A stretch of 64,000 nucleotides of DNA from Callorhinchus milii (GCF_018977255.1 NW_024704743.1:56856001-56920000), one strand, 5' to 3'; shown: positions 48,720 to 62,141, counted from the first letter of the stretch. Notes: generated by a model from the letters alone, not told the origin. Program-made: numbers and translations.

Positions 48720-49826
48720 CTTATCTTCTCTCCTCCTCTCGCATCACTCTCTCCTCCATCAAACACTCAACCATACTTTTCCACCCATGAAAAAGGCTTC
48801 CCCGAGAATCTCACCAAGGCCTTCTCATCCTCAGACCTCCTAACCCTCTGGCCTTTCACCAAGGGCGATCCTGAAAATGCTGTCAAGCTGCTCCACAATA
48901 GCCTCTCCTCCACCTTCAACTCCTTTGCCCCCTTGAAATTGAGGACCGTCTCCAAATCCACTCACTCCCCCTGGTACAACAGCCATCTCCACTCGCTAAA
49001 ATCCCAAACATGGCTACTCGAGCACAGGGGGGGTGGCAGAAAACGAGCCTCACAGTTCACCACCAGCTGTGGTTCGAGCATCTTCACACTCACCGCCGCT
49101 CCCTGTCGCAAGCAAAAACTGTGCACTACTCAAACATCATACTGGAGGCCAACAATAACTCCCAAATCCTATTCTCCAATACCCACTACCTGCTCCGTGT
49201 GCCCCATCAAGCACCCTCAATCATCACGTCTAATGCCAAGTGCGAAGAATTCATGGACTTCCTTACCTCTAAAATTGACAACATCTGCCTGGCAGCTTCA
49301 TCCCTGTGCCACCTACCACCTACCACCACCCCCATTCCATCTCCCTTGCCTACCCCGTCCTCAGCTCCTACCACGGCCACCATCCTACATTCATTTTGCT
49401 CCCATCTCTCCTTCCTACCTCCCTCTCATCCACCATCACCACAAAGAAACACACCACCTGCTATCTCGAACCCTCTCCACTCAACTGCTGATACCCAACT
49501 CCCCTTTTTCTGCCCACAGTTGGCAGACACTATTAACTATTCTGTCTTCTCAGGATCAGTCCTACTCCCCCTCAAAACTGCAGTCATCACCCTCCTCCTT
49601 AAAAANCCTACCCTCAATCCCTCCAACCTTGGCCTCTACCGCCCTCTCTCAAACCTGCCCTTCCTGCCAAGGCTCTGGAACGCGTTGTTACCAACCAACT
49701 TCGCACACACCTCTCCATCCACTCCCTACTCAAACCCCTTCAGTCCAGTTTCCGCCCTGCCCACAGTACAGAGACAGAGCTCGTGAAGGTCACAAATGAT
49801 ATCTTCTCTATCTGTGACCAGGGCGC
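48720..49826 (+). mobile_element. Internal L2 fragment (linker to start of RT), no 3' end
   Basis: [33 protein letters not shown]; collinear with 27550-28605. Confidence 0.9.
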
Positions 49827-52279
49827 TTTCAACAGCGATCTAATGGTATTTCACAGTTCAAAAACGGAACCCAGTGTTCCACAATTTATTTAAAGATGTG
49901 CTCAAGGCTGTCTCAGCAAAGGAACATACAGGAACTCGCTGAAACTGAAACCAAGTCCAAGTGATTAACAATAGCAGATCTTGCCGAATATAAGCTTGGA
50001 GGATCCAACTTGTTGTTGGTTGATGTAAACTTGCTTTTACATAGCACCGTTAATGCAGGGTGATGTCTCAAAGTGTTTCACAATGAAGGGTTGGAAAACG
50101 AGCAGAGGAGAAATGAGAGGGGCAGAGTGAAGGGGAAGGGGGTGAAAAGTGTGTTTGAAAGAGGTTTTAAGGTGAGACTTAAGACAGATAGACTGAAGAG
50201 GTAGCAAGTGGGAGTTTCAGAGGTTAAAGGCATAGAAGTTGACATACTTGAGGACATACTTTAAATCTAAGGCACTATCTGTTAAGAGACAGCATTTATT
50301 TTGCTGGCTTCCCCACAGGAGTTTTTTCAATCTCAATATATGCTTACCACAGTAATTCACAGTAAGTATAGACAGATTTGCATAGGTAAATGACAATACT
50401 GCACACCCCTTTTTCAGGAAACAGAAGCTTACAAGATCAAAATTACTTTGTAGCAAAAGCTCTTTTCCTGGAGCAGGATTCAAAGAGAAACTAATGTTTA
50501 CTTCTTTTTCAGACTATAGAAAAAATCCCATCACATTACAATTGTATCTGATTCCTCTCTTTCTAATCCTTTTCTGTTGTTACAGCTGTTTGGAAGTGGT
50601 GTCCAGGACTTGCTCTGCAGGGAAGGTAGTTTGCTTTACTGCCACAATTGACCTGACCTAACCATACTTCACGGACCAGCAGTCTCACTTTTGTACAAAA
50701 TTGTGTCCAAATGCAGTTTTGCTTTATTCATATTCTCCATGTTGATAATACTGCATGTATAATGGGAAAGAGGTGGTGAATGGACAAACTTTAATCCTAT
50801 TACTAGTAATTTGTATCTTTGTCACTATAATCTGGGGGATGGTTAGCCAGGACATGAGAGGAAATTCCCTTCTCTTTGATCTCGACAGTGTAAGTATAGG
50901 AAGAATATTTTCACTGATCAGTGAATTGATAGCAAAGGGATGCAAATTGAGGATTATTACCAGAATAAAAAAACTAAGAAGTAAGAAGAAATATTTTTAC
51001 AGAGAAGGTTGTTAGAATGTGGAATCCACCGCCAGAAATAATTGTTGAAGCTGAGTTCATAACAGCATGTGATAGGTTTTAGAGTAAAATTTAATTTAAA
51101 GGAAATTAATGAAATCTTAAGAAAAAAAGGTATAATTAAGGTGCAGAGAAACAGCAAGAGAATGGGGAATGAGATTAAAATACAACAATGCTTGGTCCCT
51201 CACTCCATTTCTGTGTGTGAGACAATACTGTGCCCAAATTAGGTGTCACATTCACCCACAAAGTACACACTTTATTGTATATCCTGTGAAGCCCTTCGAA
51301 ACAGCTCAACAATATGATAAATGGCTATATCAAATGCAAGTATTATTATTATTATACTATAACCCCAACTTCTGTAACTTCCTCATTTTACCCTTCCATC
51401 TTGCCCCCTCTCTATCTGTCTTTAAATCCCTCTTTAAAAACTCTCTCTTTGACCCTGCCTATGGTTACCTTTCCCTTTCTCCTATTCCCATGCTCAGCAT
51501 CCAACCCCGTGATTGTGAATCGTTCTAAGACACAACCCTCTGTGATGAGTTCTGCTGGTTGTTGTTGTTGTTGAAAAAATAGACCATTGGGGGATCAACC
51601 CAGGCACAATGGGCCAAATGGCCTCCCTCTGTGCTATGACCTTTCTATGGTTCTACAAGTGACAGATGAATTCTGTACATCGTTATTTCATACTGTTGCT
51701 CCTCAAGCTCGAAGAAATAACAAATGGCAAGTCTCAATGGAACGCACATGTTCTTCATATATAAAATAAACTGGGCAGACCTCTTTTGGAACAAAAACAC
51801 AATATAATGTTGTGAACTGTGTCAGAATGCCTCACTGGGGTCTTTCTTGTAGGCTAAATTAAGAGACTCCTAAAAATACTGAATAGAAATTACCTTGGTG
51901 GTGAGGGAAGTGAACCCCAGTAGCATTCTCAGTGTTGGTGTCCTGAAACCATCTCACATTTGTTTTGGTGCTTTGTAACTATGGACTGCCGGTTAGTAAG
52001 AAAACAGCTTTACTCTGTCTTATAGTGTTGGTATGATATATCTAAGCAAGAGTCAAAAGTCACGATCAATCAACCCCTAAATGCGTGTGCGTCCCAACTT
52101 CAGGATATTGTCAGCAGGTCTGGCTCCAGTACATCTGGGAAATTCATATCATATCATATCACAGCTTGATGAATCTCTTAATTTAGACTGGAAAACTTAA
52201 GACTCCATTAATACACGTGTGATGCTATCATGCCCAAATATGGCAGGTCTTTTCTTTTTTCCTGTTTTCTCCCTGAAGC

Positions 52280-52535
52280 TGGTGACTCATGTCAGGATAC
52301 GGTTCCCCTGCCACTGGCTGCTCTCCAATACCTCATCTGAGTGGCCAGGTTACTTAACCACAGGGAGCTTCACAATCAAGCCTGATCCTGCCCATACACA
52401 ACGCCTACAGTTGTTGGATAGCATCACAGGAATGGGAACCGTGGCTCATTTTCCCTTCCTTAACCTGGGGCAACTGTAGCTAATTATAGTGCCCAAACTA
52501 GCATCCTTGCTGAGATCAGCTAATTCAGCACAGAG
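52280..52535 (-). mobile_element. Old AmnSINE2-like SINE
   Basis: GCTGAGATCAGCTAATTCAGCACAG and adjacent motifs shared with 42690-43065. Confidence 0.55.
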
Positions 52536-52934
52536 TCTGTGTACTTCTGCTGTTCTTCCAGTGATGTCCTTAGTGGGAAGGTTATAACTGAAAATCCCAT
52601 TTAACTTAAAGAAAATAAAAAGCCTATAAAAAGCTGAGCAGACTGTTCAGTGCTCAGTGGGTGGCTTGTTAATCTTCAGCTTTGAACAGTACTGGGAAAT
52701 TTTGACGATCAATAGCGTAACAGTTGTGTGTTCATCAGGCAAACAGCAGTAACCTGCAGACAGCAGTGAGTTTGCAACAAAAGTAAAGGTTAAAGTCTTT
52801 CTCTTGGAGTTGTATTGAAGCTGGTAGATGATTATGTAAAGAAGCATGTGCCACTGATGACTGTTACAATGTTTCTTTATTATTTCATTTTTTGTAAAAC
52901 AATCTCAAAGGCTTTTTTTTCTCTCACTGATTTA

Positions 52935-55035
52935 TATCCTCTTATCTCCTCCCTGAATGGTATTTCACTCTAATGGGTTATTGGTTTGCAGGTCCTGGGT
53001 GCTTTCTGATACCTAACAACCACCTGCTCCCTTGACCCCATCCCCACTCCACTCCTTATCTCCCAGCTCCACTTTCTTGCCCCACATATCACTGACATCA
53101 TCAACCTGTCCCTCTCCTCTGGCTCTGTCCCCATTCCATTAAAAACTGCCATCATCACGCCCACCCTGAAAAAACCCTCCCTTGATGCGTCGCAGCTATC
53201 AAGTTACCGGCCCATCTCCAACCTCCCCTTTCTCTCCAAGGTCTTGGAAAGAGTTGTCGCCTCCCAACTGCGCTCTTTCCTTTCCACCCATTCTCTTTTC
53301 GAACCCCTTCAGTCAGGTTTCCGTGCTGCCCATAGCACAGAAACTGCCCTGGTCAAGGTCACCAATGATATCCTGACCATCTGTGACCAGGGCTCCCTCT
53401 GTCTCCTCGTCCTCCTCGACCTATCGGCAGCATTCGATACGGTCGACCACGCTATCCTACTCCACCGCTTGTCCTCCCACCTCAACCTTCAAGGCACTGT
53501 CCTTGAATGGTTTAGGTCGTACCTTTCTCACCGTCTTCATTTCGTCTCGACGAATGGCTTCTCCTCCACCCCCCGCACTGTCTCATGTGGTGTCCCTCAG
53601 GGCTCTGTCCTCGGTCCCCTCCTCTTCACCCTCTATATGCTCCCCCTTGGTGACATCATCCGCAGACATGGAGTTAACTTCCACATGTATGCGGATGACA
53701 CCCAACTCTACCTTTCCTCCTCTACTCTCAACTCCACGACCACCGATGTCCTGACAGCTGCCTGTCCGACATCGAGTCCTGGACGAGAGACAACTTTCTT
53801 CAGCTCAACGTGCGAAAAACCGAGGCCCTCCTGATTGGCTCACGTCAGCGCCTCCGCACCTCAGGCGCTGACACCATCAGCATCCAAGGCTGCACTCTCC
53901 ACCTCTCAAAGCCAGTCAGGAACCTCGGCGTTTTGTTCGACCCTGAGCTGTCCTTTCTCCCACACATCCGCACCACAACTGGCACCGCCTTCCATCACCT
54001 CCGGAACATCGCCAGACTACGGCACTACCTCACCCCTCACGCTGCTGAAACCCTGGTCCACGCCTTTGTCACCTCAAGGCTGGACTATGGGAACTCTCTC
54101 CTCGCCGGCCTTCCCGCCACCTCCCTCCACAAGCTGCAGGTCATTCAGAACTCTGCAGCTCGTGTACTGTCCCGCACCAGGCTTCGGGACCACATCACTC
54201 CCACCCTCGCTCGCCTCCACTGGCTCCCCATCCCCCAGAGGATTGATTTCAAGATCCTCATCCTCACCTACAAGGCCATTCACGGCCTTGCTCCCTCCTA
54301 CCTCTCCAACCTACTATCCCCCTACCTACCTGCCCGTACCCTCCGTTCCTCTGGCTCCGGTCTGCTCCACGTCCCCCGCCCCAACCGCCCTACCATCGGT
54401 GGTCGGGCCTTCAGCCTCTCAGCCCCCAGGCTCTGGAACTCCATCCCCCAGTGCCTTCGCCTTGCTTCCTCCCTTTCCTCCTTCAAGGCCGGTCTCAAAA
54501 CCTTTCTCTTTGACCGAGCCTTCAGCTCCCCTCTCGACTCTCTTCCCCTCCTCTCCCTCCCTTCCCTCCCCTCACCCTGACCATTTCCCCCCCCTCCCTC
54601 CCTCCCCCCTTACCCTGACCATTTCCCCCTCCTCGCTCCCTCCCTTCCCTCCCCTCACCCTGACCATTTCCCCCCTGCTCGGGTCATGACCCAACTGTGC
54701 AGCGCCTTGGGACGTCCTCCTGACGTGAAAGGCGCTTTATAAATGGAATCTTGTTGTTGTTGTTGTTGTTGTAACTATGCAAGGGAGCATTACAGCAGAT
54801 CTGAATCCCGTCCAAACCTAGTGTCGGGCACGGATCACTGGATAGTAATTAGGAGCAAGAACCCTGCAGATTCCCTTCTCCCTAACCCATGGTTGAAGCC
54901 TCCAGCATCCAAATTGTTGACCCAGTTCAGACCACCTAAATGGGCCCAGGATGAGATTTAGTAACCGTCTGAACTGCTGTGTGTGGCTTAGTGCTCCGCT
55001 GGGTGGTGCATTTGTCCACTGGGTCATGTAAGGAT
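52935..55035 (-). mobile_element. Old AmnSINE2-like SINE split by the young L2 (52935-53017 + 54772-55035)
   Basis: Both flanks of the L2 align in order to 42690-43065. Confidence 0.5.
53018..54771 (+). mobile_element. Young-family L2, 5'-truncated, full RT domain with one frameshift
   Basis: Open from TTCSLDPIP through [29 protein letters not shown] and YADD; 1-nt loss at ~53757; then open to the stop at 54580; (TTG)n tail; TAAC on both sides (53014-53017, 54772-54775). Confidence 0.97.
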
Positions 55036-55204
55036 CACTTCAAATGTTACTTAATATAATGTGTACTTACACAAAAGAGGTAAGTTAGCCCTGATGAGTT
55101 ATTGGCTACTTCTATGTTTGCAATAGATTTATTGTTAAACCAGATGTGTTAGTTTCCTCCTGAACACATTAAACATTGACGATGGAAGAAAATTATGCTC
55201 AGAT

Positions 55205-55545
55205 TAGTAGAATAACAGAATAGTAGAAAAGTTGCAGAACTGAAGTAGGCCCATTATAAATTATGTAGACTTAAAAAGAACGTATAGCATTGAACATGCC
55301 CAACCAGTCAGTTATATACCACATGAATCTCCACCCATCCTAATCTCCACTTCCTCTCCCGCAATCTTTTATTCCCTTCTCCCTCATGAATGTACTAAGT
55401 TTCCTCTTAATGAACTGAGGCTTTCTGCTTCACCAACAGCTTCTAGCAGTGAGTTCCACTTTCTCACCATCCTTTGTATAAAGGCATTCCTCCTAAACTC
55501 TCTTTTAGAGCTGCTGGTTGCTATCTTATCTTTATGCCCCCTTGT
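55205..55545 (-). mobile_element. Degenerate CR1 3' end
   Basis: Minus ORF TRGHKDKI...RRNAFIQRMVRKWNSL resembles the CR1 TRGH...FF.QRVV..WN.L C-terminus. Confidence 0.7.
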
Positions 55546-56076
55546 TATGAATGATCTAGGGGTGGTGCATTCCAGTCTTTCTAATTCCTCGAGGAAGATC
55601 ATTTGTTTACCAGGATAACACCCAAAAGAAAAACACATGCACTAAAATGATGAGTAGTAACAAAGGAACACTCACTCACCCTCACTTACAAATCATTCAC
55701 ACTCTAGCATCTCCTTATCTTTCTGAGCTTCTTCTACCTCATTCTTCTGTCCATTCCCCAACCCCTTCATCCCACTATCGGTGACCAACGAGTAATAATG
55801 TTCCGACTTTTCCCTGCTATGCCTGGCTGTGATGTGCTTGAATAGCTTGACAATGGTCTAGGTTCATGCATGAATGATAGCTGTTTGATCAACTTTCTGA
55901 AGGGCCTTTGGCACCTATACACAGCTCAAGTCACCACTTTCAGAAGTGGAGAAAAATATTTTCTGAAAGGTTTAACTAACCTGTTTTGTTTGGAAACAGT
56001 GACCTTGAATAGTATTGTAAATCTCCCCCATTCTTTTTATAACTGTGTTCCAGAGACATTATAAATAAAGATATTT

Positions 56077-56307
56077 TGGGGTAGAAATTCCATCCAGGTC
56101 TAGGTTTACTCTGCTATTGTAGTGTTTCAGAGAATGAGGAACTTGGCCAAAGTTTGAACTTTGAAGCTGGTTTACTGTCGTTCTTAAAAGTGGTTACAAA
56201 AAATAGCTTAAAAATTGAAGAATGTATTTAACGATTTGACAAATTCTGGACTCTCTAAGATGCTATGTTCATAGAATAAATCTAGACCCAAGTGGAATTT
56301 TACCCCA
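56077..56307. mobile_element. Old fold-back MITE
   Basis: Left end TGGGGTAGAAATTCCATCCAGGTCTAGGTTTACTCT matches the reverse complement of the right end, TGGGGTAAAATTCCACTTGGGTCTAGATTTATTCT; symmetry continues inward. Confidence 0.7.
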
Positions 56308-59218
56308 TATGTATTCGATTACAAATTCTTCTGTTTACAGTAATAGAACACTTCACTACAGTCTATGGAACAGATAGCATTAGCCAATCATAAAACATAA
56401 TCATGTTTTAAATTTAACTTGTTTCCACAAACAACCCAGGGTTGGTGTTGTCACGGTCTCAATGATGTATTTCAATTCATATCCTTTATATAGACAACAA
56501 AGCCAAGAGTACATGTGACAAAGCTTCAAACATTTATAGCCAGATTACTTTCTGGATGTTATACTCTTCAAAGAGCTGGAATCCATGGAAATGAAGAGGA
56601 CATTCTGCTTTAAACTTCTAAACATTGAAAGAAAGGAAATATCCCAACAGATTTACATTGGATTGAGCTGGACTGTCAAGTAAAACTTGAGACCCTCATC
56701 TATTTCAATATCTGAAGAACAGTTACCAAGTCATAAAGCTTTGATCGACCTGCAAAGATATACCTTTCTGTTGTGTTTTCTGCAACCTTGAATTCCACTC
56801 ATCTGATGTGACAGTCAGATTGCTGAAGTTTAATGTAGGCTTTAATCTTTAATTATGAATCAGTAAATTGTACAATTAATTCTTCTAATATGATTAAATG
56901 GTTTATCGGTATTTTTCGAGTGAGGCATTGCAGAACTATAGGGCACTTTGCAGACACATGACACATTTACATTGTACTACTTCTGCCAAGAGTAGCCTTG
57001 AAACATTAATTTAAACATTTAAACATTAATGGTCAGTTTGCCTTGGTGAGCAGATCTGCATAGATATTAATGGCCTGTTTTGACCTTCTTCACACAGCAT
57101 GGATGGTCTGTCTGTAGCATGAAAACAAAGCATGTGTTTTGTGACTTGGAAAAGCTCCATAGCTCAGAATTGCTGCCAGAAAAGTTGTTTCGATTCTGAC
57201 ACTAATGCTGCACTAAGGAGACTCTGGAATTGCCTTTATGTGAACTGGATTCTCCAATATAAATCCGAGGTTAGATAAGTAGGGGGTCATGTTTACACGG
57301 AAAGATTGTGTTCTGCCTCAAAGCAAATTTCTTTTTTTGGATAAAATTAAATGAAGAGCCAAGTTTCCAAGTGCAGCATACCAGTCACTAAAGTTGAAAA
57401 TAGTAGGAAAAGTTCCAACTCTCCTGCCCAGTTACGAAATAGTAATCCTTGCATTTGAAAATTGTACTGATTGCATCATGATGTAAACCACTTCAAACCA
57501 CTTCACAAAATTGTAGTGACTGGCAGTGTGGGTCATCATGCCAGGCGATTTATATGCAGCAATATCCAATAATCAGTCATGAAGTGAATTTATCTGGGGA
57601 TTGTTGACTGTAACACTGGGAGAGATCCTTCAAATAGTGCTGTGCAATCCTTAGCATCCACCTGAACAGACAGATAGCACCTTGGTTTAGGTGTGGGACA
57701 CAAGAAGGTGCAGTTCTATTAATAATGGTAAAAAAAACTTACCATGGTTCAGTACCAGTTAGTGGAATACTGAGTAATATAATAATAATAAATCTTGCGT
57801 TTGATATATACACTGAATTGCAGCTGTCTTCTTGGGCCCAACTTGCAAGAATGCTAAGGAACGGGATATATAAACATGGCTTCTCGTTTCCAGCATAAAG
57901 TCCCATCACTCAAACTGTACAAAAAAAAACAGTGACAAGTGTCAGTAGATTTTAGAACAAAGGGAAGGAGAGTGATGAGAAGTCCTTCAGAGTCCTGGAA
58001 AATAATGAATTGGAATAGGAGTGAACATGGTGAGTTGATTTCACCAGAGCGAGAACACAGGGAGGAGGAAGAGTGCGGACAGTGGTGTATTTGGAACTTG
58101 AGAGGAGCTGGAGAGGAATGTTCAGAGCAGCAATGGCCACAGTAATATTAATGAACCTAATTAATGAGCCACAGGGAAAGAAACCAGCAAGGTTCCAAGG
58201 GAGTAACAAAGGTGTTTAAAGGCTGAGCAAGAACAACAACAACGTATTTATATAGCGGCCTTCATGCAGGAACACGGCTTGGTATGCTGGCGAGGGAAGG
58301 GTGAAATCCATATGAAAATTAAATAAACACAACTTTAACCTCTCTCAGTTAAGCAATGGTGGTTAATAACCAGCTACTCAGAACCTGTGCAATAAATGGC
58401 CAAGTTTCAGTTTCTCCGAAAAGAGCCTCTCGGGGTGTCACTTTACACAATGTGATTGTGCTGCTGTAACTGAATGTTAAATATCACTCTTTTGTGCTCT
58501 GGCACCAAATCATTAGCATGTATTTACTCATCCTCTGAACACAGAGCCATGCCCAATAGTATGTGGTAATGGGATCATACTATTGCAATTTATGTTGTTA
58601 AGCCCCAAGTGGTTCTGGAGGGTCATTTTCATGAGTTAAAATCCACTGCTTCATGTGTTTCTGTGCAGTACTATGCACAAATGATTTACAGCATTTTTCA
58701 ATTCATGTATGTTGGATAGCACACAAAGCAATGAAGCAACAAAATGCTGCTTACTTCATAATATTGTTTGAATGAAGGAAAATACTGCAGGCTCCCCGAA
58801 TACTCAGTGAATAAATGCACTGTATGGTGTACAGACTGAGCCTTGTCACAAGAGTTATCTTTTCACTGTGTTGATCGTATCATCAGTAGGAAACCTACAA
58901 ATGGACTCAGTGTATCTGGAGTGGGGGTGGTGGGGGGATGGACATCAGCTCGTGGTTTGTCTGAGCACTCACCTGTGAACTTCTGAGAAGTACACATGTG
59001 CATACAATAAAACAGTTTGTATTAAACAGTCTAAATTCAATCAAACTTTTACCAAAGCAATATTCTAACCTATCCGATGCTGTAACATGGCTGCAAGCTG
59101 TGACCTTCAGTCATGGGTGAACTTATACAATGACTTTCAGGTAGGATAAACATCTCAGCCTAGCTCAGTTGGTAGCATTCCCACCTCTGAGTCAGAAGGT
59201 TGTGAGTTCAAACCTCAT

Positions 59219-59533
59219 AATAATAATAATAATCCTTGCATTTGATATAGCGCTTTTCACGTCGGGAGGACATCCCAAAGCGCTTCACAGAACCCACTGT
59301 AAAGTGAATTGACTGTATATTTTTGTGGGCGAACGCGGCAGCCAATTGCGCACAGTCGTGTCCCACAAACAGTCGTAGATTGAAAATGACCAATTTATTA
59401 TTGTTTGGGTTTTTTGGAGGGATCATTATTAGGTGTGTGGAGTAAGGAAATTTGCCCAAGGTTTCGCCCTGCCTGGAATTGAACTCAGGTCTCTCGCTTG
59501 CAAAGCGAGTGCTCTAACCACTGAGCTACAGGG
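59219..59533 (-). mobile_element. Young family A SINE inserted in the head of a family B SINE
   Basis: Very similar to 18439-18763; CTCAT at 59214-59218 and 59534-59538; host head at 59152-59218. Confidence 0.9.
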
Positions 59534-60063
59534 CTCATGTCATGACTTGGAACCCATTTAGTCTATGCTGACACTCCAATGTAATATTGGGAGTATGTTG
59601 CAATCCCCCCGAACTGTAATTGGCTGCACCTCTTCTCATTTGCTGGACAATTCTAGAGAAAATGTGCACCACCCCTGGAATATCTGAGATTAAATAAACT
59701 GTCTCAAAAAATATTAACTGGAATTAACTTACTCAATGTTCGTTTACTCCAATATTGACCCTAAAGTTGCAACACCCAGCAATGGAGTTGCCAGTATTAA
59801 CTAAAGGATGTGATAGTAATGATAATCCTTGCACTTGTGATAGCGTATTTCAAGTCGTGAGGATATCCCAAAGCACTTTTGTATCCTTGCAGGAGAATTC
59901 AGCAACCAAACTGCACACTCTTCCTCCTTAAGCAGCCCTTAATTTTTTGGGGGTATTTGTGGCCAGGAAGGACACCAGGAGAAACTCCCTTCTCTCTCGA
60001 AAATTAAATTGGAAAACATCTGAACAGATAGATAGGACCTTGGTTTAACATCACATACCAACA

Positions 60064-60616
60064 CAGGTTAGGCCTCAGCTAGAGTACTGTGTTCAGTTCT
60101 GGGCACCACACTTTGGGAAGGATGTCAAGGCATTGGAGAGGGTGCAAAGGAGATTTACCAGGATGGTACCAGGAATGAGGGACTTCAGTTATCAGGAGAG
60201 GCTAGAGAAGCTAGGATTATTCTCCGTGGAGCAGTGGATGTTAAGAGGAGACTTAAAAGAAGTTTTCAGAATTATGAGGGGATTCGATAGGGTGAACAAG
60301 GAGAAACTATTTCCACTGGCGGGTGGGTCTGTAACCTGAGGACATCGATTTAAAGTAGTTGTTAAAAGAAACAGAGGGGAGATGAGAATTTTTTTTTACA
60401 CACAGTGAGTTGTTCGGATCTGAAGTGTATTGCCTGAAAGAGTGGTGGAAGCCAATTTGATAACAGCTCTTAAGAGAGAATTAGCTAATTATTTGGGGAA
60501 GACAAGTTTGCAGGGCTATGGTGAGAGAGTGGGGGAGTGGGATTGAATAGCTCTTTTCATAGAGCAGGCATAAACACGATGGGCCGAATGGCCTCCTTCT
60601 GTGCTGTATAATTCTG
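60064..60616 (+). mobile_element. CR1 LINE 3' fragment
   Basis: VRPQLEYCVQFWAP...LERVQRRFTRMVPGM...LRGDL; terminus GGGCCGAATGGCCTCCTTCTGTGCTGTA. Confidence 0.92.
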
Positions 60617-61830
60617 TGCTGCACAGAGTCTAATGATTCTATGACCACTGAGCTGTTGGTAGCATTTGATAGGAGAATTATTGTCGTGTGATAACTATTT
60701 CCAGTGAGAATTATGAAAAGGATAGGGTTTGCAATTGTTTTGTGTTTAACACTAAATAAGCATTTGGGAGGGGGGGCAGAATACACTAGCAAACTCTGCA
60801 AAATAGTTTCTTCTGTCTCTTTGTTTTCAGCTCACTCAGCATCATCTTGGTTAAAGTAACCCAATTTTAATTTTAAATTCTAGCCTCGGGAACAGCTTTT
60901 ATGTTAAAAAATGTTGTTCATTAATATTTACCAGCAATTATTTGGCAAAAAAATCATGCTCAGTTTGGCCCTAAAATACAAAACCCAGCAATGGAGTTTG
61001 CCCTGGAGGGTCAGGTTCAGATAGATTCAGACAGTCAGACAATCGGGAGTATTATATTTTGGAGCTGAGGAGAGTGTAGATTCTACACTTGCTTACCGGA
61101 TAATTGCAGAATGGTTGGAATGCTGCACATCCAGTTACAGGCAGCTTTGAACATTTGTTTACCGAAAGGGTAATTAAAGGCTGGAGCAGGTTACCAGAAG
61201 GGTGGGGAAATGATAGGGAGAGTATCTGGAAGAATAAGAATACATGGAATGTAGAACCTTTTTCATCTGAATCTCTCTTGTGATTTTCTGATCTTGTAAT
61301 TTATGATTTCAGGATGTGTCTCCTATGTTTTGGATCTTACTATTGGGGCAGAACAGAGCAGAATCTTTATTTTCCATTTGCTTCCGTGTTTAACTGACTT
61401 GGAAACAATTGCGGACTGGCTCCCCGAAAGGGCTCAGGATTGTCGTGTAAAATGGGGGCACTAGTTTGTGGGGAGGTGTTAAAAAGCATAAAACATCCAC
61501 ACGTTTAATAACTTTGTTGGGCTTAAATGGAACTTCTGAACCAGGTTGCATGAGTTGACAATTAGGAACCATTCACAGAGGTGCTTGGGAAATTTCCCAA
61601 TTTCTCATGATGTTCACAAGATTACAAAGAGAATTTTGGAGGAAGAAATCCTTTCCGGCCTTTTGATCTCATCCTCCCAGATGTTAACATTGAGTGCCTG
61701 AAATGGAAGAGTATCTCTTCCTGAAATGGAAACAGTGGTTGAACTTCCTGTAGCACCACCTCTTATTCTACAACCCTCACCTCTGGAATTCCTTCCCTCT
61801 ATCCCTCTATCTCACCCTCCTTCAATACAA

Positions 61831-62141
61831 TGTGGTGTTCTGTAGCTCAGTGGTTGGAGTACTCGCCTTGCAAGTGAGAGACGAGGGTTTGATCCCCGAC
61901 AGGGCAAAACCTTGGGCACCTATATTTACTTAGCAGTAAGTAGGAACCCGTTTGTTAGTCAATTGGGTATATATGTCACTCAATCCACAATTGTTTGTGG
62001 GACACTACTGTGCACAATTGACTGATGCGTTTCGTCCACAAAATATTCAGTCAATCCACTTGACAGTATATTCTGTGAAGCACTTTGAGACTTCTCGAAG
62101 ATGTGATAATGCATCATATCAAATGCAAGGATCATTATTAT
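61831..62141 (+). mobile_element. Family A SINE inserted in an old L2 3' end (~61770-62296)
   Basis: Complete head and tail; AATAC on both sides. Confidence 0.85.

Noticed and set aside
48687..49799. 370-aa ORF, the longest in the track
   Set aside because: A frameshifted L2 fragment that drifts into a stop-poor C-rich shadow frame; not a gene.
50586..50625. Possible 40-nt plus-strand exon (TTACAG...AAG|GTAGTT)
   Set aside because: Weak donor and no partner exon or recognisable peptide; such signals are expected by chance.
53244..54580. RT ORFs as a domesticated gene, retron or other prokaryote-type RT system
   Set aside because: 5'-truncated L2 with tail, TSD and near-identical dispersed siblings; no accessory genes.
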